Under the pieces are notes generated by a model. It was not told the origin of the DNA, searched no databases, and worked only from the letters and a program-made list of their open reading frames with translations. A program made the translations under genes and the position numbers. This document shows positions 44,106 through 53,742 of a DNA stretch of 64,000 bases, one piece after another; position 1 is the stretch's first letter; each line of letters starts with the position of its first letter. Where the stretch lies: the NCBI GenBank assembly GCA_934777505.1, contig CAKVNM010000001.1:294419-358418 (forward strand), given 5' to 3'. This DNA is from an uncultured Clostridia bacterium (lineage in GTDB: Bacteria > Bacillota > Clostridia > Christensenellales > UBA1242).

Positions 44106-45398
44106 CTACTTTTTCTTACGACTATCTTTAACCTTTTTTCTTATCAAATTTTTTTCTCTGCCGTTACCAAGTGGCGTGTAGTAAACCCTGTCACGCAACT
44201 CGTCTGGCAAATATTGCTGATAAACATAGCCACCGTAGTCGTGTGGGTATTTATACTTTCCTGTTCCGTCATCGTTGGTGCTTGGGTGATTTTTTAATGC
44301 GTTTGGAACGATTACTTTTTTAACATTAACCGCATCTTTTTCGGCAAGTTCTTTTGCAATGATAACCGAGTTTGACTTGTCGGCTTCGCAGGCGTAGATT
44401 ATTGCGTGAGTTAGCGGAATTAAGCCTTCTGGTTTGCCCATATGTTCATATGCAATCAAACTGCTGGTGGCTAAAAGCAATGCGTTGCTGTCTGCCATGC
44501 CAATATCTTCGCTACAATGTGCAATTAGTCTTCTAAAAATAATCAGCGGGTCAACACCACATTCTATCATTCTAAAAGCATAGAACAACGCCCCTTCACA
44601 GTCGCTACCCCTAATGCTTTTGCAAAAAGCGGAAAGCATATCATAGTACTCGTCTTCGCTAATCGACATAACTTTTTTGTCTACGCACTCGCTAAGAATT
44701 TCTTTTGTTAGCACAATTTTGCCGTCTTGAACGGGCGCTGTGTTGCTAGCGAGTTCCAGAGCGTTAAGTGCCATTCTAACATCTCCGCCAACGCTAAATG
44801 CCAAAAAATCAAGAGCGTCTGGCAAGATTTCGATTGGCATATTTCCAAGCCCGTTTGGGTTTTTTATGGCGTTTAAAACCGCAAGTTTAACATCGTTTTT
44901 GTTTAGTGGTTTAAACTCAAAAACCTTGCACCTAGAAACTATCGCTTTTGTCATGTTTGTAAAAGGATTTTCGGTTGTCGAGCCAATAAAAATTATTGAG
45001 CCGTCTTCGATTGCTTCGAGCATACTATCGCTTTGTGCTTTGTTAAAGCGATGACATTCGTCAAGTAGCAAATATGTTCGTTTTGAGTAGAGCCTAAGGT
45101 TGTTTCGGGCTTCGTCAATCACCTTTTTAACATCGGCAACATTTGACGATATTGCATTGAGTTTCCTAAACTCTGCGTTGCAATATTTTGCTATCAAGTT
45201 TGCAAGAGTGGTCTTTCCTGTCCCGGGTGGACCATAAAAAATACATGAACCCAAAGTGCCTTTTAAGATTGCTTGTCTTATGATTGAGCCTTGTTTTATG
45301 ATATGTTCTTGTCCAACAAACTCATCAAGTGTTTGTGGTCTAACTCTGTCCGCCAAGGGAGCATACTGTTTTGTGTTAGTTGAAAATAAGTCTTCCAT
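44106..45398 (-). CDS. rarA: replication-associated recombination protein A (AAA+ ATPase)
   Basis: LADRVRPQTLDEFVGQEHI, GPPGTGKTTLA, LLDECHRFNK and the MgsA C-terminal domain. Confidence 0.9.
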   Translation of the reverse strand: MEDLFSTNTKQYAPLADRVRPQTLDEFVGQEHIIKQGSIIRQAILKGTLGSCIFYGPPGTGKTTLANLIAKYCNAEFRKLNAISSNVADVKKVIDEARNNLRLYSKRTYLLLDECHRFNKAQSDSMLEAIEDGSIIFIGSTTENPFTNMTKAIVSRCKVFEFKPLNKNDVKLAVLNAIKNPNGLGNMPIEILPDALDFLAFSVGGDVRMALNALELASNTAPVQDGKIVLTKEILSECVDKKVMSISEDEYYDMLSAFCKSIRGSDCEGALFYAFRMIECGVDPLIIFRRLIAHCSEDIGMADSNALLLATSSLIAYEHMGKPEGLIPLTHAIIYACEADKSNSVIIAKELAEKDAVNVKKVIVPNALKNHPSTNDDGTGKYKYPHDYGGYVYQQYLPDELRDRVYYTPLGNGREKNLIRKKVKDSRKKK

Positions 45399-45453
45399 AG
45401 TTTTATTATATCATTTTTGGCACAAAAAATCCTAGTAAAAACTAGGATTTAAT

Positions 45454-48165
45454 CTATGCTCTTTTCATTTTTTTGCGGTCGATAAAGTAAATTACAACCA
45501 CGCCAAGCATAACAACAACTAGTAGAATAATAAGGAATTTGCTAGACGCTTTTGCACTATCTTTTGCAGGTGTCATGTTTGCAACAAATTCGCTTTCTAC
45601 ACTAATCAAATTTTCGCTTTGATTTGCTGATTTTACGCTTGAAGCGATATAAGCAACGCTTAGAGTGTTGTTCACATCAAGGTCGGCATATTTTACTGTT
45701 AATTTGTTGTCAACAACTTGCATTTTTTCACCGTTTAGTAAAACATAGTCAATTTCATAGCCACTATCAACATTAAAGTTATAAGTGATTTCTTCGTTCT
45801 CTGCAAGGAAGTTCACGCTACTATTTGTTGATGTTGTGACGCTTCCGTTTTTGCCGTCAAAGTTTGTAATAATACCCTTTTTTGACACTGGAACTTTGCT
45901 AGAATCAAGAGCCACAACAACATAAGGGCTAAAACTATTAACTTTTACAACGATTCCATATTCAGTAATCACTGCGTCAAGAACTTCTGGGTTGTCGTAG
46001 TCGAGTTCACCACTTTCTAGTCGTTTAAAGTGATAAACTTTGAAAGTTACGCCTTTATCCTTTGCAGAATAACCTGCTGGGAAGCCAAAAGATAACTTCA
46101 TGTATGAGCCATTTGGAATGATTGCTTTTTGAGCGCAAACATTCAAGTTGATTTCGTAAGTTTCGCTTTTTAGAACAGAATTTTGTGGAAGATTGGAAGA
46201 AACTGCTTCGCTCAACTCTGCACTGTTTTGTGGAGTTGTAACAACAAGAGCAATTTGACTGCGTTCGTTTTCGCTAACCATTGTGCCGTCTTCTTTCTTC
46301 CAGCCGTTCATTGACAAATCGCCATTGCCAGCAAGTGTTGGTTGACCATATACATCAAGATTTAGTCTGCCGTCATTAAAGATTTTTCCGCAGTAAACTG
46401 AGTCCCTAGAAAATACTGAGCCAAATGTGTTTGGAGCAGAACTTGTTACGCCGTTGATTTCGCCAACCAAGTTTTCAACTTTGAATGTGTACAAAAGTGA
46501 ATTGTGTTGGAACATTGGGCTTGCTTGGAATTTGAACTTGATTGTTCGGTTGCCGTCCCACACATCTTCGCCATATTCTAGCGTAACATATTGTCTTAGT
46601 TCGGCATCGTCAATAGTTCTGTTATTCTTTGCTTTGTAAGTATAAGAGATTGTTACTGGTTTGCTTTCGTCAATTTTTTTGAGTTGTTGGTCGAAAGTAA
46701 CGACAAATTCATACTTTGTTTCAATATTCAAATCTCTTAGTCCAAAATAATCTGGATTAATTGATTGAACATAAGGTGGAGCAACATAATTTGGGTCGTT
46801 GTTGATATTTTCAATTTGACAACTTGTTGCAACGATATTTTCGTCTGTAATGTTATCATATTTTGACCAAACATCGTACTCTTTGTTGTATAAGCCAGCG
46901 TTTGCGTTGATATTTAATACTGCAATTTGCACGCTTTTGATATGAATATCTGCAAACGACACTGTGATTGTTGAGTAGTCATCATAGTTTTTAACGAGTC
47001 CGTCAAATGCAACTGCACAATATTCAAGTGTTGACCATTCGCTGTACTCGTCTTTACCTGTGTTTGTGCTAACAGTTCTCATAGCAATAAACAAATTGTC
47101 TTCTTGTTTCAACTTCAAAGCACCTTTGCTGTCGTAACTAACCGAAATTGTAGTGCTTCCAGAATTATTGAGTTTTGATTCTACTTGCAATTTTCCGTCT
47201 GTTGAAGTTATGTAGTAAGTATAAAGTGTTGGATATGGCATTTTAAAGTTTGACGAAGAAACAATTTGGTCTTCAAAGTGGTCGGCTTTGAAACTTTGAG
47301 AGTCTAGCATCAAATATCTGTTTGGACTAACTTCGCTGTCGTTCCAAGTTGTATCAACACCAAGCCAGTTGCTGTCGATATTAACATAGTTCCACATGTG
47401 TGGTTCAAGTTCGCCTTCGTTAACTGCATATCCTTGCACAAGCACATTTGTGATGTCAAGTTTGTCGAGCAAAACCTTAAATAGTCTTGAATAGCCTTCG
47501 CAAACTGCCTTTTTGTTGATTAATGCACCAAAACTCGTTCTAATCGAACTAGCATATTCCTGCTCGCTACTTGATGAGCAAAAACTATATTCAGTGTTAC
47601 CTGTAACAAAATCATTAACAATTCTAACTTTTTGCTTTGCTGTCAAATCTTTGCCGATATTTGAAACAAATGCTTCCACTGCTTGATTGAAAGCACTAAC
47701 CTTTGCTGGAATATTGGTTGAATTAAATCCGTCAACAAGGTAGTCAGTTGTTCTTCCTGAGCCAATCTTTACGATATAATCATTGTTTTTTTGATAAACC
47801 GAAATGCTTAATTTATCAAAGTCAACATAAAAGATTTCTGCGTGGTCAAATCTGTAACAGTCGAGTGCACTGCCAAAATCTTTGAGCAAAGTTGCATCTC
47901 CGTTTGCGTAATTAGCGCCCATTGCCTTAACGCTAACATCTGTGATTTCATAACTTTCGCCAAGCACAAAAAGTCCGTTTTTATCCATGTAATCAAGTGC
48001 TTGATAGATTGTTTTTGCTCTGCCTGTCAAAGTCTGTCCGTAGTAGCCGAAATCACTTCCAGCATTAGTTGAAGCCGACACTATTTGGCAAAACGAAAAC
48101 ATTGGGCAAATCATTGCTAGAACTAGAATAAAACTAGCAACAACATTTTTTATCTTTTTTGTCAT
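45454..48165 (-). CDS. transglutaminase-like domain surface protein, 903 aa
   Basis: Signal peptide, transglutaminase core (AVCEGYSRLF...PHMWNYV...GVDTTW), beta-rich repeats and a C-terminal TM anchor. Confidence 0.75.
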   Translation of the reverse strand: MTKKIKNVVASFILVLAMICPMFSFCQIVSASTNAGSDFGYYGQTLTGRAKTIYQALDYMDKNGLFVLGESYEITDVSVKAMGANYANGDATLLKDFGSALDCYRFDHAEIFYVDFDKLSISVYQKNNDYIVKIGSGRTTDYLVDGFNSTNIPAKVSAFNQAVEAFVSNIGKDLTAKQKVRIVNDFVTGNTEYSFCSSSSEQEYASSIRTSFGALINKKAVCEGYSRLFKVLLDKLDITNVLVQGYAVNEGELEPHMWNYVNIDSNWLGVDTTWNDSEVSPNRYLMLDSQSFKADHFEDQIVSSSNFKMPYPTLYTYYITSTDGKLQVESKLNNSGSTTISVSYDSKGALKLKQEDNLFIAMRTVSTNTGKDEYSEWSTLEYCAVAFDGLVKNYDDYSTITVSFADIHIKSVQIAVLNINANAGLYNKEYDVWSKYDNITDENIVATSCQIENINNDPNYVAPPYVQSINPDYFGLRDLNIETKYEFVVTFDQQLKKIDESKPVTISYTYKAKNNRTIDDAELRQYVTLEYGEDVWDGNRTIKFKFQASPMFQHNSLLYTFKVENLVGEINGVTSSAPNTFGSVFSRDSVYCGKIFNDGRLNLDVYGQPTLAGNGDLSMNGWKKEDGTMVSENERSQIALVVTTPQNSAELSEAVSSNLPQNSVLKSETYEINLNVCAQKAIIPNGSYMKLSFGFPAGYSAKDKGVTFKVYHFKRLESGELDYDNPEVLDAVITEYGIVVKVNSFSPYVVVALDSSKVPVSKKGIITNFDGKNGSVTTSTNSSVNFLAENEEITYNFNVDSGYEIDYVLLNGEKMQVVDNKLTVKYADLDVNNTLSVAYIASSVKSANQSENLISVESEFVANMTPAKDSAKASSKFLIILLVVVMLGVVVIYFIDRKKMKRA

Positions 48166-48270
48166 ATAATCCCCCTTTTTTCTAGCCTAGTATATCACAC
48201 ACAAAAACAAAAAATCAAACTTATATTAGCAAAAGATAACTACTTTTTTTACTATATCATATAGTAAAAT

Positions 48271-48759
48271 ATGACCTACGACCGAGCAAAAGCAATCAGT
48301 TACGCTCTAAAATGGTGGAATAGCAGAAATCCACTTTTTTACGACTTTGAAAATATCGGCGGAGATTGCACAAATTTTGTTAGCCAATGCCTACTATATG
48401 GCGGTATGAAAATGCACTACAACAACTGGTTTTTTAGAAACATCAACCACCGCTCGCCAAGTTGGAGTGGCGTAAACGAATTTTGCAATTTCTTGCTAAC
48501 CAACCAAGTAGAAACATCGCCGATTGGCGTGCTATCATCAATCAGTCAAGTGATTGAAGGCGACATTGTTCAACTAACCCTTGGCGGACACTCAACTTTT
48601 CACCACTCTATGCTAATAACAAAAATTAATCACGAAAAAGAGCCCAGCAATCGAACTTTTGACGACATTTTTATTACTTGCCACACAGTAGATGCAAAAA
48701 ATGTTATGCTATCGGCTTACGATATCAAAGACATACGGTTTATAAAAATTTTGAATTAA
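48271..48759 (+). CDS. putative amidase-domain (Amidase_6-like) protein
   Basis: GGDCTNFVSQCL catalytic-Cys segment and HHSMLIT. Confidence 0.6.
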   Translation: MTYDRAKAISYALKWWNSRNPLFYDFENIGGDCTNFVSQCLLYGGMKMHYNNWFFRNINHRSPSWSGVNEFCNFLLTNQVETSPIGVLSSISQVIEGDIVQLTLGGHSTFHHSMLITKINHEKEPSNRTFDDIFITCHTVDAKNVMLSAYDIKDIRFIKILN

Positions 48760-48978
48760 TGCATTGATTTGGATTTAGTGCTTTGATATCGTTGATAATA
48801 GTTTGAATTGATACTAAGTTGATATGAATTAATAACGCTATCAAATATTGTTGAATTAATTTAAATAGTTTAATATTGAGTGGAATATTGAAGTTTGGGA
48901 ATATTAATCTTCTTGTTGTGTTGGAGTTTATTGTGCGAAAATCTATTCTTGTGTGAAGTTTATTGCGTAAAAAGTCTG

Positions 48979-48997
48979 TCTTAGTAAATTAAGATTA
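48979..48997. repeat. near-copy (17 of 19) of the 19-bp element TCTTAGTAAACTAAGAGTA
   Basis: TCTTAGTAAATTAAGATTA, read directly. Confidence 0.6.
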
Positions 48998-49040
48998 ATA
49001 TAAATCTAACACACTCACTAAGGTGTTTTTGTGTATTTTC

Positions 49041-49059
49041 TACTCTTAGTTTACTAAGA
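49041..49059. repeat. 19-bp element, inverted copy (TACTCTTAGTTTACTAAGA)
   Basis: Exact reverse complement of 49818-49836. The core 16 bp is palindromic. Confidence 0.85.
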
Positions 49060-49094
49060 ATTAATTATTTTTATACTTTAATATCTGCTCAAAA

Positions 49095-49949
49095 CTACTC
49101 TATTCGTGTTTTAAGATATAGCACCGAGCCAGCCTTTCGTTTAGACTGCAACGATAGTGCTTTTAGAGTATTTAACGCCAACAAAGCAACATCTTTACTG
49201 CTTTCGTAGAATATCACATCTGGCTTTTTGTTCGTCAAAACTATTGGCAGAGTTTGTGCCGATTTTTTCGCCACTTTTTTATATGTAACAGGAGTTGGAA
49301 CAAGCGGGTTATTGATGAGTGAATTTTGAATTTGCGTCTTTATTAGATTAAAATGCGTACAACCAAGTACAACCCTACGAATGTTCATTTTTGCATATTT
49401 TTTTAATTTTTTATCTAAATATGGCTGTAAAAGTGTCAAATTTTCAACATTTTCATCAATTTTTTTCGCCAAATCTTTAAAATCACAGGTTTTTATATTT
49501 TCGCTTTTTAAGTAATTTTTAATATCTTTGTTATATTTTCTAGTGGCAGTAGTACATAAAACAAGAGTCGGTTTTTTATAGTTTTTTATCTTTGGCGTCA
49601 CGGTTAAAATCGGCATTTTAAATTTTGATTTAAACTTGTCATCTATAACCGAACTCATGGTGTTACACGCAATAACAATCATCTTTGCAGGGTATATTTT
49701 TAATGCACTCGTAAGCAAGTCTTTGCATATCTTTTTTAGCCTATGTTTGCTCTTTTTTCCATACGGGCAATTTTTGTTATCTTCGATATAAACAAAGTTC
49801 TCCGCTGGCAAAACTCGTCTTAGTAAACTAAGAGTATACTTTCCGCCATTACCACTATCAACAATCAAAATGTTTTTTTCACGCATGGACGAGCCAAGAT
49901 TTTTGCCCGAAAAGTTAGAGTCATCGCCAAAAAATATTGTATTATTCAT
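49095..49949 (-). CDS. murI: glutamate racemase (divergent)
   Basis: VDSGNGG, IACNTMSS and LGCTHFNL motifs. Start is uncertain (ATG 49949 or 49886; neither has a clear RBS). Confidence 0.7.
   Translation of the reverse strand: MNNTIFFGDDSNFSGKNLGSSMREKNILIVDSGNGGKYTLSLLRRVLPAENFVYIEDNKNCPYGKKSKHRLKKICKDLLTSALKIYPAKMIVIACNTMSSVIDDKFKSKFKMPILTVTPKIKNYKKPTLVLCTTATRKYNKDIKNYLKSENIKTCDFKDLAKKIDENVENLTLLQPYLDKKLKKYAKMNIRRVVLGCTHFNLIKTQIQNSLINNPLVPTPVTYKKVAKKSAQTLPIVLTNKKPDVIFYESSKDVALLALNTLKALSLQSKRKAGSVLYLKTRIE
49818..49836. repeat. 19-bp element TCTTAGTAAACTAAGAGTA inside the murI 5' coding region
   Basis: Read directly. On the coding strand it encodes YTLSLLRR. Confidence 0.85.
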
Positions 49950-49967
49950 ACTAATAACTTATGCTTA

Positions 49968-50849
49968 TCAAACAAAAAATGTTTCAAAATCTTGTTTGTT
50001 CAAATGTGGATTTAAGCACTCGTTCAAACTTTCCGCAACAACGCCAGAACAAAACGAAAGTTGCTGGTCAATTTCTCTTGGCATGATTATCAAATCTTTT
50101 ATGCCCGACTCAGTATTTTTGCCACTTTTTTTCACGCCAAGTTTTGAAATCTTTTCTTCAACAAGGTCGCTTGCATACACCACAAACGGCACTCCAATCG
50201 TAATCACGGGAACACTCAAAGTTTTTGCACTGATTTCTTGCCTAGCGTTGTCAACGCCAGAACCGGGTACAATTCCCACATTGGCAATTTGAATATTTGT
50301 GCAAAGTCGTTTGTGAGAACTTGCAACAAGCGTGTCAATTAAAATAACAAGTTCAGGGCTTATGCTATCCACCACGCCTTTAATAATATCAAAACTTTCT
50401 AGCCCCGTTTGACCAAACACATTGGTGCTGATTTTGCTAACCGCACACAAATCGCTATCCTTAACCGACATCACGGCGTGCCTTGTGGTCAAGACTTTTT
50501 CCACCACCTTTGGACCAAAGCAGTCGGCAGTGAGTTTTGGATTGCCAAGCCCAACAATCAAGCAGGACTTAACATCTTCTAATCCGCACTTTTCGATAAC
50601 TTTGCCAACTAAAAAAACAAGTTCTTTTTTTATCGTTTCTCTTTCAATCGACTGCACGAGTGGCGAAAATGGGATATTAAGCAAAGCATAAAACCCCTGT
50701 TCACGACCATATTTTTTTGACATTTCATTGGATTTGATATCAACCGTCACACTTTTAATATTTTTACTAATTCTTTTTTCAACTTTCAAGTAGTCTTTTT
50801 TTGATATTAGTTTTTTGCTAAATTCCACCGCTAGGTCACTTGTTCTCAT
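49968..50849 (-). CDS. gpr: GPR germination protease
   Basis: MRTSDLAVE N-terminus, GLGN...T.D..GP and IDTLVAS segments typical of GPR endopeptidase. AAGGAGAG RBS. Confidence 0.75.
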   Translation of the reverse strand: MRTSDLAVEFSKKLISKKDYLKVEKRISKNIKSVTVDIKSNEMSKKYGREQGFYALLNIPFSPLVQSIERETIKKELVFLVGKVIEKCGLEDVKSCLIVGLGNPKLTADCFGPKVVEKVLTTRHAVMSVKDSDLCAVSKISTNVFGQTGLESFDIIKGVVDSISPELVILIDTLVASSHKRLCTNIQIANVGIVPGSGVDNARQEISAKTLSVPVITIGVPFVVYASDLVEEKISKLGVKKSGKNTESGIKDLIIMPREIDQQLSFCSGVVAESLNECLNPHLNKQDFETFFV

Positions 50850-50963
50850 CTAAAATCTCTCCTTAAAAAAATATTATTGACATAAAATTGATAAATTTTC
50901 TTGCATTAACAAAATAAATGTGTTACACTATACAAGAATTTTTAAAATGAGAGGTAAATAATC

Positions 50964-51233
50964 GTGCCAAATATTAAATCAGCAATTAAAAGAGTTACAG
51001 TTAACGGCAAAAAAGCCGATGCAAACAGAGGCATTAAAAGTGAAATGCTTTCTACTGTTAGAAAATACAAAGCGTTGATTGCTAACGGCAAAATCGAAGA
51101 AGCAAAGGCAGAATATAGCCATGTTGTTTCTGTTGTAGATGGTGCTGTTTCAAAGGGTATTATCAAGAAAGAAAATGCCGACCGTAAAAAAGCAAGACTC
51201 GCATTAGCACTTAACAAAGCAGAAAATAATTAG
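50964..51233 (+). CDS. rpsT: 30S ribosomal protein S20
   Basis: PNIKSAIKRV N-terminus and a basic helical protein. GTG start follows GAGAGG. Confidence 0.9.
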   Translation: MPNIKSAIKRVTVNGKKADANRGIKSEMLSTVRKYKALIANGKIEEAKAEYSHVVSVVDGAVSKGIIKKENADRKKARLALALNKAENN

Positions 51234-51238
51234 TAAAA

Positions 51239-51270
51239 CAAAAAACTTAGGGATTTCCCTAAGTTTTTTT
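51239..51270. terminator. bidirectional terminator between rpsT and spoIVA
   Basis: CTTAGGG/CCCTAAG stem flanked by A5 and T7. Confidence 0.7.
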
Positions 51271-51284
51271 GTGCAATTTTTTTA

Positions 51285-52760
51285 TTATAGCAAAATGCAA
51301 ATTACTCCGCCCTTGCCTTCGTTAACAATTCTGGACAAAGTTTTTCGCATTTTCTTTTGCGCTTCTTGTGGCATTGCAACCAGTTTGTTGTTCAAGCCTT
51401 CGTTTACGAGCATATGCAAACTTTTGCCAAACATTTCGGTTTCCCAAATTCCTTGCGGATTGCTTTCAAACTCGTTTAGAAGATACTTAACCAAGTCTTC
51501 ACTCTGCTGTTCTGTTCCAACGATTGGACTAACTTCGGTGTTGATATCAACTCTCATGATATGAAGAGATGGCGCTGATGCTTTGAGTCTAACTCCAAAC
51601 TTGCTTCCTTGCCTTACGATTTCTGGGTCTTCCAGAGTCATTTCGTCAAGATTTGGGAACACAACGCCATAGCCTGTTTCGTTGACTTCGTCAAGTGCAA
51701 CTTTGAGTTTGTCGTACTCTTTTTTTGCAAAAGTTAGTTCTTTAAGATAACTAACCAAATGATAGTCGTCAGTGATTTCTTGACCGCACTGCTCACTAAG
51801 AACTTTATAAAATACTTCCGCTTTTGGCTCTATTGAAAGCACGATATTGCCTTCGCCAAGCAAGATTTTACTCTCCATTAATGGTTCAAAATTTTCACTA
51901 TTTTCAAACAATGTTTTTGAAAGTTTAAAGTCGCCAATTTTGTCGAGTCCTTGGCAAGATTGCTTGATTTCTGTAATAATTTCCGTGATTAATGGGTGAT
52001 TGAACGAAAGTGCTTCCAGCCATTTTGGCATTTTAACCAAGATTGAATTAACAGGCATTTCGCTAAGAAGTGCGTTGAAAATTGTGTTGATATTTTCTTC
52101 GCTTAACTCTTTTACATTCATTACTAAGCATGGTGCGTTGTATTTTTCTTGCAAACTTTGAGCAAGGTCTTTTGCGCTTTGACTATTTTCGTCTGCTGTG
52201 TTTAGTAGCACAACAAAAGGACGATTGTTTCGTTTTAGTTCCGCAACAACTTTTTCTTCGGCTTCAATATAGTTTTCCCTTGCAATATCGCCTATTGTTC
52301 CATCGGTTGTAACCAACACTGCAACATTTGAGTGGTCGGTTATAACCTTTTTTGTTCCAATTTCTGCCGCTTCGTCAAAAGGCATAGGATTAACACTCCA
52401 AGGCGTTTTGACAAATCTTGGCTTGCCAGTTTCTTCCGAGCCAATCGCACCCGAAACCATATATCCCACACAGTCGATAAGCCTGATATTCATCTCCACT
52501 TCGTCAAGACAAATTTTTACGGCTTCGTTTGGCACAAACTTTGGCTGAGTGGTCATGATTGTTTTGCCTTGCGCACTTTGAGGAAGTTCATCAATAGTTC
52601 TTTGTTTGGCAAAGTTATTTTTAATATTAGGAAGCACTAATGTGTTCATAAAATTGGTTATAAAAGTGCTTTTTCCAGTTCTAACAGGTCCAACAACTCC
52701 AAGATAAACATCTCCATTGAAACGCTGAGCAATATCTTTGTAAATATCAAATCGTTCCAT
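51285..52760 (-). CDS. spoIVA: stage IV sporulation protein A
   Basis: FDIYKDIAQRFNGDVYLGVVGPVRTGKSTFI (Walker A) and collinear SpoIVA length. ATG at 52760 follows GGAGGA. Confidence 0.9.
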   Translation of the reverse strand: MERFDIYKDIAQRFNGDVYLGVVGPVRTGKSTFITNFMNTLVLPNIKNNFAKQRTIDELPQSAQGKTIMTTQPKFVPNEAVKICLDEVEMNIRLIDCVGYMVSGAIGSEETGKPRFVKTPWSVNPMPFDEAAEIGTKKVITDHSNVAVLVTTDGTIGDIARENYIEAEEKVVAELKRNNRPFVVLLNTADENSQSAKDLAQSLQEKYNAPCLVMNVKELSEENINTIFNALLSEMPVNSILVKMPKWLEALSFNHPLITEIITEIKQSCQGLDKIGDFKLSKTLFENSENFEPLMESKILLGEGNIVLSIEPKAEVFYKVLSEQCGQEITDDYHLVSYLKELTFAKKEYDKLKVALDEVNETGYGVVFPNLDEMTLEDPEIVRQGSKFGVRLKASAPSLHIMRVDINTEVSPIVGTEQQSEDLVKYLLNEFESNPQGIWETEMFGKSLHMLVNEGLNNKLVAMPQEAQKKMRKTLSRIVNEGKGGVICILL

Positions 52761-52845
52761 AAATTCCTCCATGATTTGCTATACTTTAATCTATGAAGAA
52801 ATTTTTTCATATAGAACAAAAATGCACCGAATGTGGTGCATAATT

Positions 52846-53733
52846 TTATTCGTTATCAAACGGCTCTAATTGGTCTTGTGTTTTAACAGATTCAAGAACG
52901 CTTGCGTAGTTATAAGTTTTCTTTCGGCTCTCATAAGACGAACGCATACGCCTTTTTTCCGCCTGATACTTTTGTTTTTCTTCTTTGAACCTTTTTTTGT
53001 CTTGCCTAAACTTTTCTTTTTCCTGCTTAAATTCTTGCTTGACTTCGTTTTTCTCTTGCTTATATTCGGTTTTTATTGCCGAATTTTTCTTGTGAAACTG
53101 CTTTTTTATTGATTTTTGCAAGTTTGCCTTGTTCTCTTTTCCAACAAGCAATCTTCTAATATTACCCCTGTGAGCAAAAATTGTTAAAAGATAGATTGTA
53201 AAAAGTAGCATACAAACTGCGGTGTTGTTATAGTTTTTAATGCCTTGAATGATGGTCAACGCCGACACAATCGAAAGTGACGCAAACGAGCCATAATCAA
53301 AGAACCATAGATAAACGAACGCTAACACAAAGAATATCAAAAGCCAAAGTGGGTCGGCAACCATGAACACACCAAGTGCACACGCAATTCCTTTTCCGCC
53401 TTTGAACTTGTAGAAAACTGGATAGTTGTGACCAAGAATAACGCAAAGTCCGCCAATATATAGTCCAACCATGCCACTAGGTGTTCCAAATCCAAACAAA
53501 ATTTCGCCAACGAGTGCTGGGATTGCTCCTTTGATTGCGTCACAAAGCAGTGTTAAAATTCCCATCTTGAAACCATAGTTTCTTAGCATATTCATTGAAC
53601 CTGGATTTCCGCTACCTTTTTTGGTGATGTCCCCATGTTTAAGTTTGGAGAAAATTCGAGCAAACGAAATATTGCCCACCAAGTATGAACCAATAATAAG
53701 CAAAAAATATTTTAAAAATAATATAAAATCCAT
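52846..53733 (-). CDS. plsY: glycerol-3-phosphate acyltransferase PlsY with ~95-aa Lys/Glu-rich C-terminal extension
   Basis: GSGNPGSMN and KGGKG motifs in a core of about 200 aa, followed by KTEYKQEKNEVKQEFKQEKEKFRQDKKRFKEEKQKYQAEKRR. Confidence 0.85.
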   Translation of the reverse strand: MDFILFLKYFLLIIGSYLVGNISFARIFSKLKHGDITKKGSGNPGSMNMLRNYGFKMGILTLLCDAIKGAIPALVGEILFGFGTPSGMVGLYIGGLCVILGHNYPVFYKFKGGKGIACALGVFMVADPLWLLIFFVLAFVYLWFFDYGSFASLSIVSALTIIQGIKNYNNTAVCMLLFTIYLLTIFAHRGNIRRLLVGKENKANLQKSIKKQFHKKNSAIKTEYKQEKNEVKQEFKQEKEKFRQDKKRFKEEKQKYQAEKRRMRSSYESRKKTYNYASVLESVKTQDQLEPFDNE

Positions 53734-53742
53734 AAATTTCCT

